In this document: positions 40,725 to 49,560 of the stretch, piece after piece
Layout: each line of letters starts with the position of its first letter
Numbering within the stretch: the first letter of the stretch is position 1
NCBI GenBank assembly: GCA_038215155.1
Contig: JBBQRF010000003.1
Coordinates: 553-64,552 of the forward strand
DNA length: 64,000 bases
Direction of reading: 5' to 3'
From: Minisyncoccia bacterium
GTDB taxonomy: Bacteria > Patescibacteriota > Minisyncoccia > Phycocordibacterales > CAJBRS01
Notes under the pieces: model-generated
What the model was told of the DNA's origin: nothing
Database searches by the model: none
What the model saw: the letters and a program-made list of their open reading frames with translations, nothing else
Made by a program: the position numbers and the translations under genes

Positions 40725-41792
40725 ATGATTATTGCCCATATTGATATGGACGCTTTTTTCGCTTCTGTTGAGGAGCGAGACAAACCATACTTAAAAGACC
40801 TACCTATTGTCATTGGAGCAGATCCGGCGGGGGGTACAGGCAGAGGGGTAGTCTCTACTGCTAATTATTTGGCTCGAGAATACGGTATCCATTCCGCTAT
40901 GCCTATTAGTAAAGCATGGCGCCTCTCTGAAGAGGCAGGAAAAAGGGGTAAACCCAAGGTAGTCTTTCTAGCGGGCGCTCATGATAGATATGGCCAAATT
41001 TCCTCACAAATTATGGCTATTTTGCGGAAATTTGGCCCTTTAGAAATCGCCAGTGTAGACGAAGGTTATTTAGATCTAAGCCACTTAAAAAGCTTTAAAA
41101 AAGCCACTCTGATGGCGAAGGAAATTAAAAAGGAAATTAAGAGAACGGAAAAATTAACCGCTTCAATTGGCATTGGATCCAATAAGATGATGGCAAAAAT
41201 TGCTTCAGGCAGTCAGAAGCCAGATGGTCTAACTGTCATAAAAAATCAGCAAGTAAAAAAATTTCTTCAGAAGCGGGATATTAGAGATATTCCAGGCATC
41301 GGTCCTCAAACGGAGAAAGAATTTCATAAGTTAAAAATTTTTACTATCGGTGATCTTCAAAAAATAGATGATCAGTATTTATTTGAGTATTTCGGTAAGT
41401 GGGGAAGGGAATTGGCAGTGCGAGCAAAGGGTATTGATACTTCACCCTTAATCACTAATTGGATTTCTAAATCTATCGGTGAGCAGGAGACTTTTGAAGA
41501 GGATATAAAAGATTATCGTCAGATTTTTCCCATTATGGAGAGGATGGCCAAAAGTATTCATCACCATTTAATACAAGAAGGTTTTAAATCTTATAAAAAA
41601 GTAGTCATAACAACCCGCTTTGCCGATTTTGAGACCCGTACTCATTCCAATACGTTCAAGAGGATGGACAACTCTTCCCATACCCTTTACCACCAAGCTC
41701 TATCACTACTAATGCCCTTTTTAGACAGAAGAAAAAATCCCTTTTATAAGAAGTTTCGATTGATCGGAGTCCGTGTTGAAAACCTGGAATAA
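40725..41792 (+). CDS. dinB: DNA polymerase IV (Y-family)
   Basis: MIIAHIDMDAFFASVEERDKPYLKDLPIVIG and SIGIGSNKMMAKIAS. Confidence 0.9.
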   Translation: MIIAHIDMDAFFASVEERDKPYLKDLPIVIGADPAGGTGRGVVSTANYLAREYGIHSAMPISKAWRLSEEAGKRGKPKVVFLAGAHDRYGQISSQIMAILRKFGPLEIASVDEGYLDLSHLKSFKKATLMAKEIKKEIKRTEKLTASIGIGSNKMMAKIASGSQKPDGLTVIKNQQVKKFLQKRDIRDIPGIGPQTEKEFHKLKIFTIGDLQKIDDQYLFEYFGKWGRELAVRAKGIDTSPLITNWISKSIGEQETFEEDIKDYRQIFPIMERMAKSIHHHLIQEGFKSYKKVVITTRFADFETRTHSNTFKRMDNSSHTLYHQALSLLMPFLDRRKNPFYKKFRLIGVRVENLE

Positions 41793-41866
41793 ACTAAGAA
41801 AAGGTGTTATATTTAAGCGGTTAAAGTAAAGAGGTCGATTTATTAAAAAAATAAATTAACAAAACA

Positions 41867-42238
41867 ATGGCAAAAACTTTGGCAATGATTATTGGGGCTG
41901 TTTTCGTGGTAGTAGGGCTTCTCGGCTTCGTCGGAGGCGCTGGTATCGTGGGACCTAATGGAATTTTTGCAACAGACACCGCACATGATTTCGTTCACCT
42001 CCTTTCTGGTCTAGTTATCTTGATTGTGGCTTTTGCTGCACCACGGTCTTCCTCAACAGTACTAAAGGTTTTCGGAATCGTTTATCTTTTACTAACTCTT
42101 ATTGGTTTCCTCGTCCCCGGTCTACTCGGTAGCTTAATTGCGTTCAATCCTGCTGACAATTATCTTCATCTATTTCTGGGAATTGTTATTACTTGGGCTG
42201 GTTTCAGTACCAAGAACAATGATATGGCAATGGCCTAA
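41867..42238 (+). CDS. DUF4383-like small membrane protein
   Basis: LLGFVGGAG...NPADNYLHLFLG pattern. 123 aa. Confidence 0.5.
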   Translation: MAKTLAMIIGAVFVVVGLLGFVGGAGIVGPNGIFATDTAHDFVHLLSGLVILIVAFAAPRSSSTVLKVFGIVYLLLTLIGFLVPGLLGSLIAFNPADNYLHLFLGIVITWAGFSTKNNDMAMA

Positions 42239-42257
42239 ATTAACTTAATCTATTTTT

Positions 42258-42296
42258 CGAACCCCCGCGGCTGCCCTTGGCAGCCGCGGGGGTTCG
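42258..42296 (+). terminator. GC-rich 18-bp perfect hairpin (cgaacccccgcggctgcc / ggcagccgcgggggttcg) with a T-run on the upstream side
   Basis: Read directly from the sequence; lies between two + strand genes. Confidence 0.5.
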
Positions 42297-42321
42297 CCTA
42301 ATAGACTTGTTATAATTCATC

Positions 42322-42957
42322 ATGCCATCCGTCATTATATTCATGAAGCGAAATTATTTAATCTTATTTGTACTTCTACTTTTAATACTTGGCGCCTTAT
42401 TGTTTTGGAGAAATAAAGAGGTTGCTCCGAAAGTTGCCACCACCGCTACTTCCACTAGTGGCATTTTAAATTTTTATGAATGTGTAGCTGCCGGTTTTCC
42501 TACTACTCCGGGCTATCCGCGCGAATGCCAAGTACCAAACGGCGCTGCTTTCATTGAAGATTTGGTCCCAAATAATGGAAATCTCCCTCCAGCCGCCACA
42601 AGCACCACTCATTCCTCTTCGGTCACCTCTTATAAAGATTTGGTTCGTTTAGACAATCTCAACCCTAACGATCTAATTAAAAGTCCTTTTATTTTAAAGG
42701 GAGAGGCCCGCGGCAGCTGGTTTTTTGAGGGTAGTTTCCCTGTAGAGATATTAGACTCTAATGGAAACATTATCGGTAGAGGCATCGCCAAAGCCACTTC
42801 AGATTGGATGACCTCCAATTACGTACCATTTACTGTTACTGTTACTTTTAAAAATAACTCACCCATCAATCGGGGCTTCCTAGTTATACGTAAGGATAAT
42901 CCTTCGGGAGATCCTAGCCGTGATGATTCTTGGAGGTTACCTGTAAGTTTTAATTAA
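42322..42957 (+). CDS. Secreted protein with a Gmad2-like immunoglobulin-like domain
   Basis: Signal/TM, then FILKGEARGSWFFEGSFPVEILDSNGNIIGRGIAKATSDW...FTVTVTF. Confidence 0.45.
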   Translation: MPSVIIFMKRNYLILFVLLLLILGALLFWRNKEVAPKVATTATSTSGILNFYECVAAGFPTTPGYPRECQVPNGAAFIEDLVPNNGNLPPAATSTTHSSSVTSYKDLVRLDNLNPNDLIKSPFILKGEARGSWFFEGSFPVEILDSNGNIIGRGIAKATSDWMTSNYVPFTVTVTFKNNSPINRGFLVIRKDNPSGDPSRDDSWRLPVSFN

Positions 42958-42964
42958 AAATAAT

Positions 42965-43237
42965 ATGCCCGAATTAATTCACGCAGATATTTTCTTTCTT
43001 GTCACCACTATCGTCACTATAATTATTGGCCTGGCTCTTCTAATAGCTATTGTTTATTTAATTCAAATTCTTCGCGACCTTAAACATATTTCTAGAAAGA
43101 TTAAGGAAGAAGGCGAAGAAGCCATTGAAGATTTTCGTCAATGGCGAACGGAGGTGAGGACTGAAGGTTTCAATTTTAGTCACTTTTTCACTTTCTTTCG
43201 GAAATTGTTAAAGAAAAATAAGAGTCGTAAAAATTAA
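42965..43237 (+). CDS. Small membrane protein (90 aa)
   Basis: One TM helix and a basic C-terminus. Confidence 0.4.
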   Translation: MPELIHADIFFLVTTIVTIIIGLALLIAIVYLIQILRDLKHISRKIKEEGEEAIEDFRQWRTEVRTEGFNFSHFFTFFRKLLKKNKSRKN

Positions 43238-43257
43238 TAATAAAATTAAAAAAATAT

Positions 43258-43713
43258 ATGGCAACCAAAAAAACAAACAAAACAAACAAAGGGAATAACG
43301 TTATGACGAATGTTGGGATTGGAGCAGCGGTCGCAGCGGCCGCCGCTGGGGCTTACTTCTTATACGGAACGGACAAAGGAAAGAAGCAGAGACATAAGAT
43401 GGAGAAGTGGACAGTAGACGCTCGAAAGGAAGTAGTCAAGCAAATTGAAAAACTGAAGGATGTTAATGAGGATGCATATCACTCAGTTGTGGATAATGTG
43501 GCCTTACGTTATAAGAAATTAAAAGATATTAACCCAGCAGAAATAGCTGCCTTAGCTATTGAGCTTAAGGGCCATTGGAATAACATCCAACGCGAATTTA
43601 AGAAAAGTAAAAACACCGTTAGTAAGATCTCCAAAGTCAGTGGCAAAAAAGTTGGTCAAATCAAGAGAGCAGTAAAAAGTCCAAAGACTAAAAAGACTCC
43701 TAAGTCAAAATAG
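43258..43713 (+). CDS. Lys-rich hypothetical protein with an N-terminal TM
   Basis: 151 aa, GIGAAVAAAAAGAYFLYG helix, Lys-rich tail. Confidence 0.45.
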   Translation: MATKKTNKTNKGNNVMTNVGIGAAVAAAAAGAYFLYGTDKGKKQRHKMEKWTVDARKEVVKQIEKLKDVNEDAYHSVVDNVALRYKKLKDINPAEIAALAIELKGHWNNIQREFKKSKNTVSKISKVSGKKVGQIKRAVKSPKTKKTPKSK

Positions 43714-43732
43714 TATAAAATGAGGCTATCAT

Positions 43733-43930
43733 ATGGATTTTCATAGCCTCAATATTAATCATTACGTTTGCAAAGGCGAATGCCGGACGGTTTCAGAAAA
43801 CCCCGGCATTTGTCCTATCTCTAGCTGTTCAAAAAAAGGGGAACCACTAGTTTCTTGCACCTGCGGAGACGGCCGTCATACTGAGATCTGGTTTCGCGAT
43901 ACACCCTCTCTTACCATTGAAGGATTCTGA
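43733..43930 (+). CDS. Small Cys-rich protein (possible zinc ribbon)
   Basis: CKGEC, CPISSC and CTCGDG motifs in 65 aa. Confidence 0.35.
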   Translation: MDFHSLNINHYVCKGECRTVSENPGICPISSCSKKGEPLVSCTCGDGRHTEIWFRDTPSLTIEGF

Positions 43931-43948
43931 TTAACTTTATAGAATGAA

Positions 43949-44863
43949 GTGATGAAGCTAATCCGACCACTGCTAATCTTATTCCTTATTATTCTGGCCG
44001 CCTTCTTTCTCCAAAATAAATCTTTTGATTTAAAAAATCTATTCAGTCAATTTCCGGCCAACCTCAATTTTACTAAGATTGAGAACTCTTCTACACAGAT
44101 TGCCAGTAACGTTAAAGATGAAATAAAAACCCTGGCCGAAAATTTACCGCCGCCCTTGAAAGCCCTTTCTAGCGGCGGCGCTCTTTCTTCCACGGCCGTC
44201 TTATCCAATTCCGAAATTATTCGCTTGACTAATAAAGAACGCAAAGACAATGGAAATTTAGTGTCCCTTTCGGAAAATGCCAAGCTGGACGCAGCAGCTC
44301 TGGATAAGGTCAAAGACATGTTTGCTAAGCAATACTTCGAACATGTTTCTCCTACTGGAGTAGGTCCAGCCGACCTTGCTAAAAGGGAAGATTATCAATA
44401 TATCGTTATCGGTGAAAATTTGGCTCTAGGAAATTTTAAAGACGATCAGGCCCTGCTCGATGCCTGGATGAATAGTCCGGGCCACCGAGCTAATATTTTA
44501 AACAGTCGTTTTAGACAGATGGGCGCCGCCGTAGTGAAAGGCACTTACAATGGTCAAAAAGTCTGGCTTGCCGTTCAAGAATTCGGTCTTCCTCTCTCCT
44601 CCTGCCCTAAGGCGGATGCCACCCTCCTTCAGACAATTGAAAATTTAAAAACCGATTTAAATATTAAAGAGCAAGATTTAGAAACAAAAAGAGCGGAAAT
44701 CAATAATGCCAATCCTAAATCGGGAGACGCTTACAACCAGAAAGTCAGCGCTTATAACCAAGCGGTGATTGCCTATAACGCTGAGCTTCAAGTGATTAAA
44801 AACGACATCGCTACTTATAATGCAGAAGTAAATAAATTTAATAGCTGTGCCGGTAATTCCTAA
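43949..44863 (+). CDS. CAP (SCP/PR-1)-domain secreted protein with a C-terminal coiled coil
   Basis: GENLALGNF...AWMNSPGHRANILNSRFRQMGAAVV. Confidence 0.75.
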   Translation: MMKLIRPLLILFLIILAAFFLQNKSFDLKNLFSQFPANLNFTKIENSSTQIASNVKDEIKTLAENLPPPLKALSSGGALSSTAVLSNSEIIRLTNKERKDNGNLVSLSENAKLDAAALDKVKDMFAKQYFEHVSPTGVGPADLAKREDYQYIVIGENLALGNFKDDQALLDAWMNSPGHRANILNSRFRQMGAAVVKGTYNGQKVWLAVQEFGLPLSSCPKADATLLQTIENLKTDLNIKEQDLETKRAEINNANPKSGDAYNQKVSAYNQAVIAYNAELQVIKNDIATYNAEVNKFNSCAGNS

Positions 44864-46070
44864 TATGTCATTTCTCGCCAATAATAATTTCACTCATTTT
44901 TTTGAGAATATTCCAGGAATTTTTCATAATTTTCATTTTCATGACACCTTGGACATTATTGTAGTAGCTTTCTTTGTTTACGTTATATTACTTTTTATTA
45001 AACAATCTCGTTCTTACTTTATTTTTAATACTATCCTGCTTCTTTTTATCTTAATCTACATTTCCCACACTCTTAACCTTGCTCTAACTCGAAAACTTTT
45101 TGAACCCTTGGTAACTTTCTTTGCTGTCATTTTCGTCATTGTTTTTCAAAGAGAGATCCGCCGCTTTTTTAAGTGGTTTGTGATTTCCAGAGAACGTTTT
45201 GGGCGGCCAATAAAGAAATTAACTAATGACGTAGCTAGTCTGATTGTGGAGGCTATTACTATTATGGCCAAGAAACGTACGGGCGCCCTGATTATTTTGT
45301 CTGGCGAGTATCCTCTAGACGATATAGTTGAAGGCGGTTTTCAATTAAACGGGGAAATTTCAGTAGCGCTTCTTCTCAGTATCTTTGATAATAAGACTCC
45401 GGGTCACGACGGCGCTATCTTAATTGAAAACAAAAAGATAAAGATTTTTGGCTTACACCTGCCGTTAGCGGAGGATTTTCGGACCTACAGTAATATGGGC
45501 ACCCGTCACCGAGCGGCCCTCGGAGTGGCAGAGAGGTCGGATGCATTGGTACTAGTAGTTTCTGAAGAAAGGGGAGTAGTTTCCGTAGCGGAGAAAGGAG
45601 CCCTTAGAACCATTCCTGACCCGGAGTCTCTCGGCAGTATTATTAGAAATTTTATGCACGAGAATATTCAGGAAAATCAGAATTTTTGGTATTACATTTT
45701 AGTGAATAATTTTTTTATCAAGATTTTATCTGTCCTAATTTCGTTTGCATTATGGGTGCTGCTAGTCTTTCAAGGAAACGTGGTTACGGAAGATCTTCTT
45801 GTTCCAGTAGAGTTTAATCATATTCCTGCCGAATTAATCGTGGCCAAGGTCATTCCCGTCGACGTTAAAATTTCCATTACTGGTGATAGTCGAGATGTTC
45901 AGAATCTTGGTCAAAATGACGTTAGGATTATAATAAATTTAGCCGGCACTGCTGCCGGCACAACAGCTGTAGATATAAGTAGAACTAATGTCGTCATGCC
46001 TTCTTACCTGACTTTAAATAACGTTAAGCCAAATAAAGTATTGGTAGGTTTACAAAAAGCCACACGTTAA
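44847..46070 (+). CDS. cdaA: Diadenylate cyclase CdaA (3 TM + DAC domain) fused to a YbbR/CdaR-like domain
   Basis: DAC motifs DGAILIENKKI, GTRHRAALG and VVSEERG. A fourth TM and a YbbR-like C-terminal region (VPVEFNHIPAELIVAKVIPVDVKISITGD) follow. Confidence 0.75.
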   Translation: MPVIPNMSFLANNNFTHFFENIPGIFHNFHFHDTLDIIVVAFFVYVILLFIKQSRSYFIFNTILLLFILIYISHTLNLALTRKLFEPLVTFFAVIFVIVFQREIRRFFKWFVISRERFGRPIKKLTNDVASLIVEAITIMAKKRTGALIILSGEYPLDDIVEGGFQLNGEISVALLLSIFDNKTPGHDGAILIENKKIKIFGLHLPLAEDFRTYSNMGTRHRAALGVAERSDALVLVVSEERGVVSVAEKGALRTIPDPESLGSIIRNFMHENIQENQNFWYYILVNNFFIKILSVLISFALWVLLVFQGNVVTEDLLVPVEFNHIPAELIVAKVIPVDVKISITGDSRDVQNLGQNDVRIIINLAGTAAGTTAVDISRTNVVMPSYLTLNNVKPNKVLVGLQKATR

Positions 46071-46076
46071 AAAATT

Positions 46077-47261
46077 ATGGATCAAGAAAAAACACTCTAT
46101 AAACCAAAGACCGTTCGGATTTTAATTTTAATTTATCTTGCTACACTTCTATACTCTATTCATTTTTTCTTTGTCTATTTCGTTAATTCTAGTTTTTTAA
46201 TTGGCTACTTTCAAAATACCGCTACAGTGGGGTTACTTTATAGTTTCGGCGCCTTTATAAATTTATTTATCTTTTTGAATATTGGAAAAATTCTCAATCG
46301 ATCGGGAAATTATCGACTGATGTTAGGATTAATAATTTTGGAGGCGATATGTTTAGGAGGTTTAGCTTACTTTCAAAATATTTATTTAATTGCGCTTCTT
46401 TTCATTTTTTCCCAAGCCTTAAATCCCATTTTGGTTTTTAATTTAGACATATTTTTAGAAAATTATTCTGCCAATGAAGAGACCGGTAGTATTCGGGGTG
46501 TTTTTCTAACCATGAATAGCATCCCTCCAGTAGTAGTGCCATTTATTAGTGGTTTAATTTTAACTAACTCCGAGTACTGGAAAGTCTACCTAGCGGCGGC
46601 AGCCTTTCTTCTGCCTCTTTTCTATATCATTTTCGCCAATTTTAATAGCTTTCGAGACCAGAAATATCATGAGACAAGCTCGCGAAAGTTAGGTAAGGAA
46701 TTAGAAGATAATCCTAATATTTACGATATCCTTTTTGATAACTTTCTTTTAAATTTTTTCTACGCCTGGATGGCTATTTATATGCCTATTTATCTACACA
46801 ATAATATTGGCTTTAGTTGGCCTCAAATTGGCACCTTGTTTTGTATTATGCTCTTACCTTTTGTATTTTTTCAGATTCCACTCGGCAGATTAGCTGACAG
46901 GAAGTATGGGGAGAAGGAGATTTTAATAATCGGCTTCATTATAATGTCGGTCTCCACTATTCTCATTCCTTATTTAACTACGCCTAATTTCCTGCTTTGG
47001 GCTATTTTACTTTTCATCACTCGAATGGGCGCTAGCTTCGTGGAAATATCGGCGGAGAGTTATTTTTTTAAGCAAGTCAGTGTGGCCAATATCCACCTTA
47101 TTGGACTTTTTAGGATGACGAAGAATCTGCCCTTTCTATTCGTTCCGGCACTGGCGTCATTGGTCTTACTATTCTTTTCCTATCAGTATGTCTTTTTAGT
47201 GCTCGGCCTAATCATGCTTACGGGCTTAAGGTACGCCTTTCTCTTGAAAGATACTAAGTAA
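46077..47261 (+). CDS. MFS transporter
   Basis: About 12 TM helices. 394 aa. Confidence 0.7.
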   Translation: MDQEKTLYKPKTVRILILIYLATLLYSIHFFFVYFVNSSFLIGYFQNTATVGLLYSFGAFINLFIFLNIGKILNRSGNYRLMLGLIILEAICLGGLAYFQNIYLIALLFIFSQALNPILVFNLDIFLENYSANEETGSIRGVFLTMNSIPPVVVPFISGLILTNSEYWKVYLAAAAFLLPLFYIIFANFNSFRDQKYHETSSRKLGKELEDNPNIYDILFDNFLLNFFYAWMAIYMPIYLHNNIGFSWPQIGTLFCIMLLPFVFFQIPLGRLADRKYGEKEILIIGFIIMSVSTILIPYLTTPNFLLWAILLFITRMGASFVEISAESYFFKQVSVANIHLIGLFRMTKNLPFLFVPALASLVLLFFSYQYVFLVLGLIMLTGLRYAFLLKDTK

Positions 47262-47288
47262 AACGAAGGATCATTAAAGATCTTCCTA

Positions 47289-47381
47289 CCCGTCCGAACT
47301 ATTATCGAGGCGCGGCAGCCTATTTGGGCCCGCTAGGCCAAGTCTTACCATCGCTAATAGTTCGGACGGGCACTCATCTTT
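47289..47381 (+). terminator. Long hairpin terminator: 19-bp stem (one mismatch) enclosing a 44-nt loop, followed by a T-run
   Basis: cccgtccgaactattatcg pairs with cgctaatagttcggacggg, then cactcatcttttt. Lies after the MFS gene. Confidence 0.55.
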
Positions 47382-47641
47382 TTATAAGATAAAGTAAAAA
47401 AGACGAAGTTTTGGAGACTGGGCTCCCTCGATGCTCTTTCTTCGAGACTGCGCAGCCAATTAGAAAATAACAGCCAAAAAATTTGGTACCGTAGGCGCGC
47501 CTAGGCGGAGACGATAGCGGCGCAGGCAAATTTCTGGGCGCTTTATTTTCTTGATTGGCGAGCGAGAGCAAATCGCTAGTAAGCGATTATGCGTGCTCGC
47601 AGAAAGAGTATCGAGGGAGCGAAGGAGGTTTGTTCCTATCT

Positions 47642-49534
47642 CTAGACTCCTAAAATCACCGGTATCACAATCGGTCGCTTAGCCGTTTTCTGAAAGAGGA
47701 ACTTACCCACTGAATCCACCACATTATTCTTCACGTAATCAAAGTTAATTGGGTGCATGCCGGCTGCATTCTCTTCAATAGTTTTCTTGATTATGAAACG
47801 AGCTTGGCGGAGCAATTCTTGAGATTCTCTTAAATAAACAAATCCACGGGAAATAATGTCAGCCGATTTTTTTAATTTACCAGTTTGAGAATTAACGATA
47901 GCGATAATGACAAACATCCCGTCTTGTGCCAACATTTGTCGGTCACGGATCACTACTTCCTGAATATCACCGATAGAAAAACCATCTACCATTACCGTGC
48001 TTGAAGGAGCTTTCTCTTTCAAGGCCACAATTTTTTCGCCCTTATCTTGGATTTCTACGATAGTGCCATCGTCAGGAACAATAATATGATTTTTAGGCAT
48101 ACCCATATTTTCTGCTACGTCCGCATGCAACTTTAGGCGATAGTGATTGCCGTGAATAGGAATAAAGAACTTTGGCTTAAGCTTTCGGTGAAGCCATTCA
48201 ATTTCACCCCGATTACCATGACCGGTGGAATGAATATAAACATCAGAAGTCTGAATAGAAATAATTTTTGCTCCCAGTCGCGATAAGTTGTCCTTTAATT
48301 TATCCACGGATCTTTCATTACCCGGCACAATAGAAGAGGAAAGAAGAACGGTATCTCTATCGTTAATCTGAAAATATTTATGAGTTTTTGTGCCCATTCT
48401 CATCAAGGCGGCAAACTCATCTCCTTGAGCGCCAGTAGCCAGTACCACAATCTTATCTGGAGGATAGTCGCCCATATTTTGGGCAGAAATGACCGTACCT
48501 TTCTTAATCTCCAATAATCGAGCTTGCTCCAGAATATCAATATTATTCTTCATGCTACGTCCCTCAATGACTAATTTCTTCCCATATTTTTCACAAGCCT
48601 CGATAACTTTCATCATTCGCAGAATATGTGAGGCAAACATTCCAATGATCAACCGGCCTTTTATACTATGAATAATTTCTACCAGATTTTTATGGACTAG
48701 TTCTTCCGGAGTAGAGAAGCCAGGATTCTCGATGTTGGTCGATTCTCCTAAGAAAAGTAGAACTTTTTCTTTAGCAATGGCTGAGTATTCTTTATCTTCG
48801 TTTTCATCGGGAGTGCCATCGGTATGGGTGAGTTTGAAGTCACCAGCATTCACAATTTGTCCATACGGAGTTTCAATAATTACTCCCATTGCATCTGGAA
48901 TACTGTGCGTCACACCAAAAAATCTCACCGAAAGATTGCCGATTTTTAAACGGTCGTTATTTTCCACGATCTTATAATCAATGGTGGGGAGGTGAGGAAA
49001 TTCTGATTGGCGCTTCTTAATCATGAAGCCCGTAAGATTACGAGTATAAAGTGGGGGATTGCCAATTCGGTCCATAATGTAGGGAATGCCTCCAATATGG
49101 TCTAAGTGACCATGGGTAATGATGACGGCGCGGATTTTTTCCTTGCGCTCCTCTAAATACTTAGTGTTAGGAAGAATGTAGTCGATGCCTGGAGTATCTT
49201 CCTCTTTAAATTTAAAACCCATATCCATCACAATAATATCGCTACCAATTTCAATAGCAGTCATATTTTTGCCGATCTCCTCTACTCCACCTAAAGGAAT
49301 AATGCGAATATTTTCGCCTACAGGTGGAATTTTACCGGTTTCTTTCCGTCTCTCGGATTCCATGGTGGGCCGCGCCGAGGCGAAGCGTCGGCGCGGCATC
49401 TGTCGCTTTCTTTTTGGCTGCGGCCCCGGAGGGGCCGCATGATGCGGCCTGGAGCGCCGCCGCCCCTCTTCGTTAGCTTTTTCTTGAGCTTCGACAATAG
49501 TTTCCTTCAAACCGATATTATTTTCTTCTTTCAT
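47642..49534 (-). CDS. rnj: Ribonuclease J (metallo-beta-lactamase/beta-CASP) with an Arg/Pro-rich N-terminal extension
   Basis: HGHLDHIGG motif and beta-CASP layout. About 70 aa of basic N-terminus. Confidence 0.9.
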   Translation of the reverse strand: MKEENNIGLKETIVEAQEKANEEGRRRSRPHHAAPPGPQPKRKRQMPRRRFASARPTMESERRKETGKIPPVGENIRIIPLGGVEEIGKNMTAIEIGSDIIVMDMGFKFKEEDTPGIDYILPNTKYLEERKEKIRAVIITHGHLDHIGGIPYIMDRIGNPPLYTRNLTGFMIKKRQSEFPHLPTIDYKIVENNDRLKIGNLSVRFFGVTHSIPDAMGVIIETPYGQIVNAGDFKLTHTDGTPDENEDKEYSAIAKEKVLLFLGESTNIENPGFSTPEELVHKNLVEIIHSIKGRLIIGMFASHILRMMKVIEACEKYGKKLVIEGRSMKNNIDILEQARLLEIKKGTVISAQNMGDYPPDKIVVLATGAQGDEFAALMRMGTKTHKYFQINDRDTVLLSSSIVPGNERSVDKLKDNLSRLGAKIISIQTSDVYIHSTGHGNRGEIEWLHRKLKPKFFIPIHGNHYRLKLHADVAENMGMPKNHIIVPDDGTIVEIQDKGEKIVALKEKAPSSTVMVDGFSIGDIQEVVIRDRQMLAQDGMFVIIAIVNSQTGKLKKSADIISRGFVYLRESQELLRQARFIIKKTIEENAAGMHPINFDYVKNNVVDSVGKFLFQKTAKRPIVIPVILGV

Positions 49535-49560
49535 ATTTTTTCAAAATTTAAAATTTTAGA

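Noticed and set aside
42258-42296. Possible REP-like or mobile palindromic element (18-bp GC hairpin)
   Set aside because: It occurs once in the window with no flanking repeats. The simpler reading is a factor-independent terminator or mRNA stabiliser between two genes.
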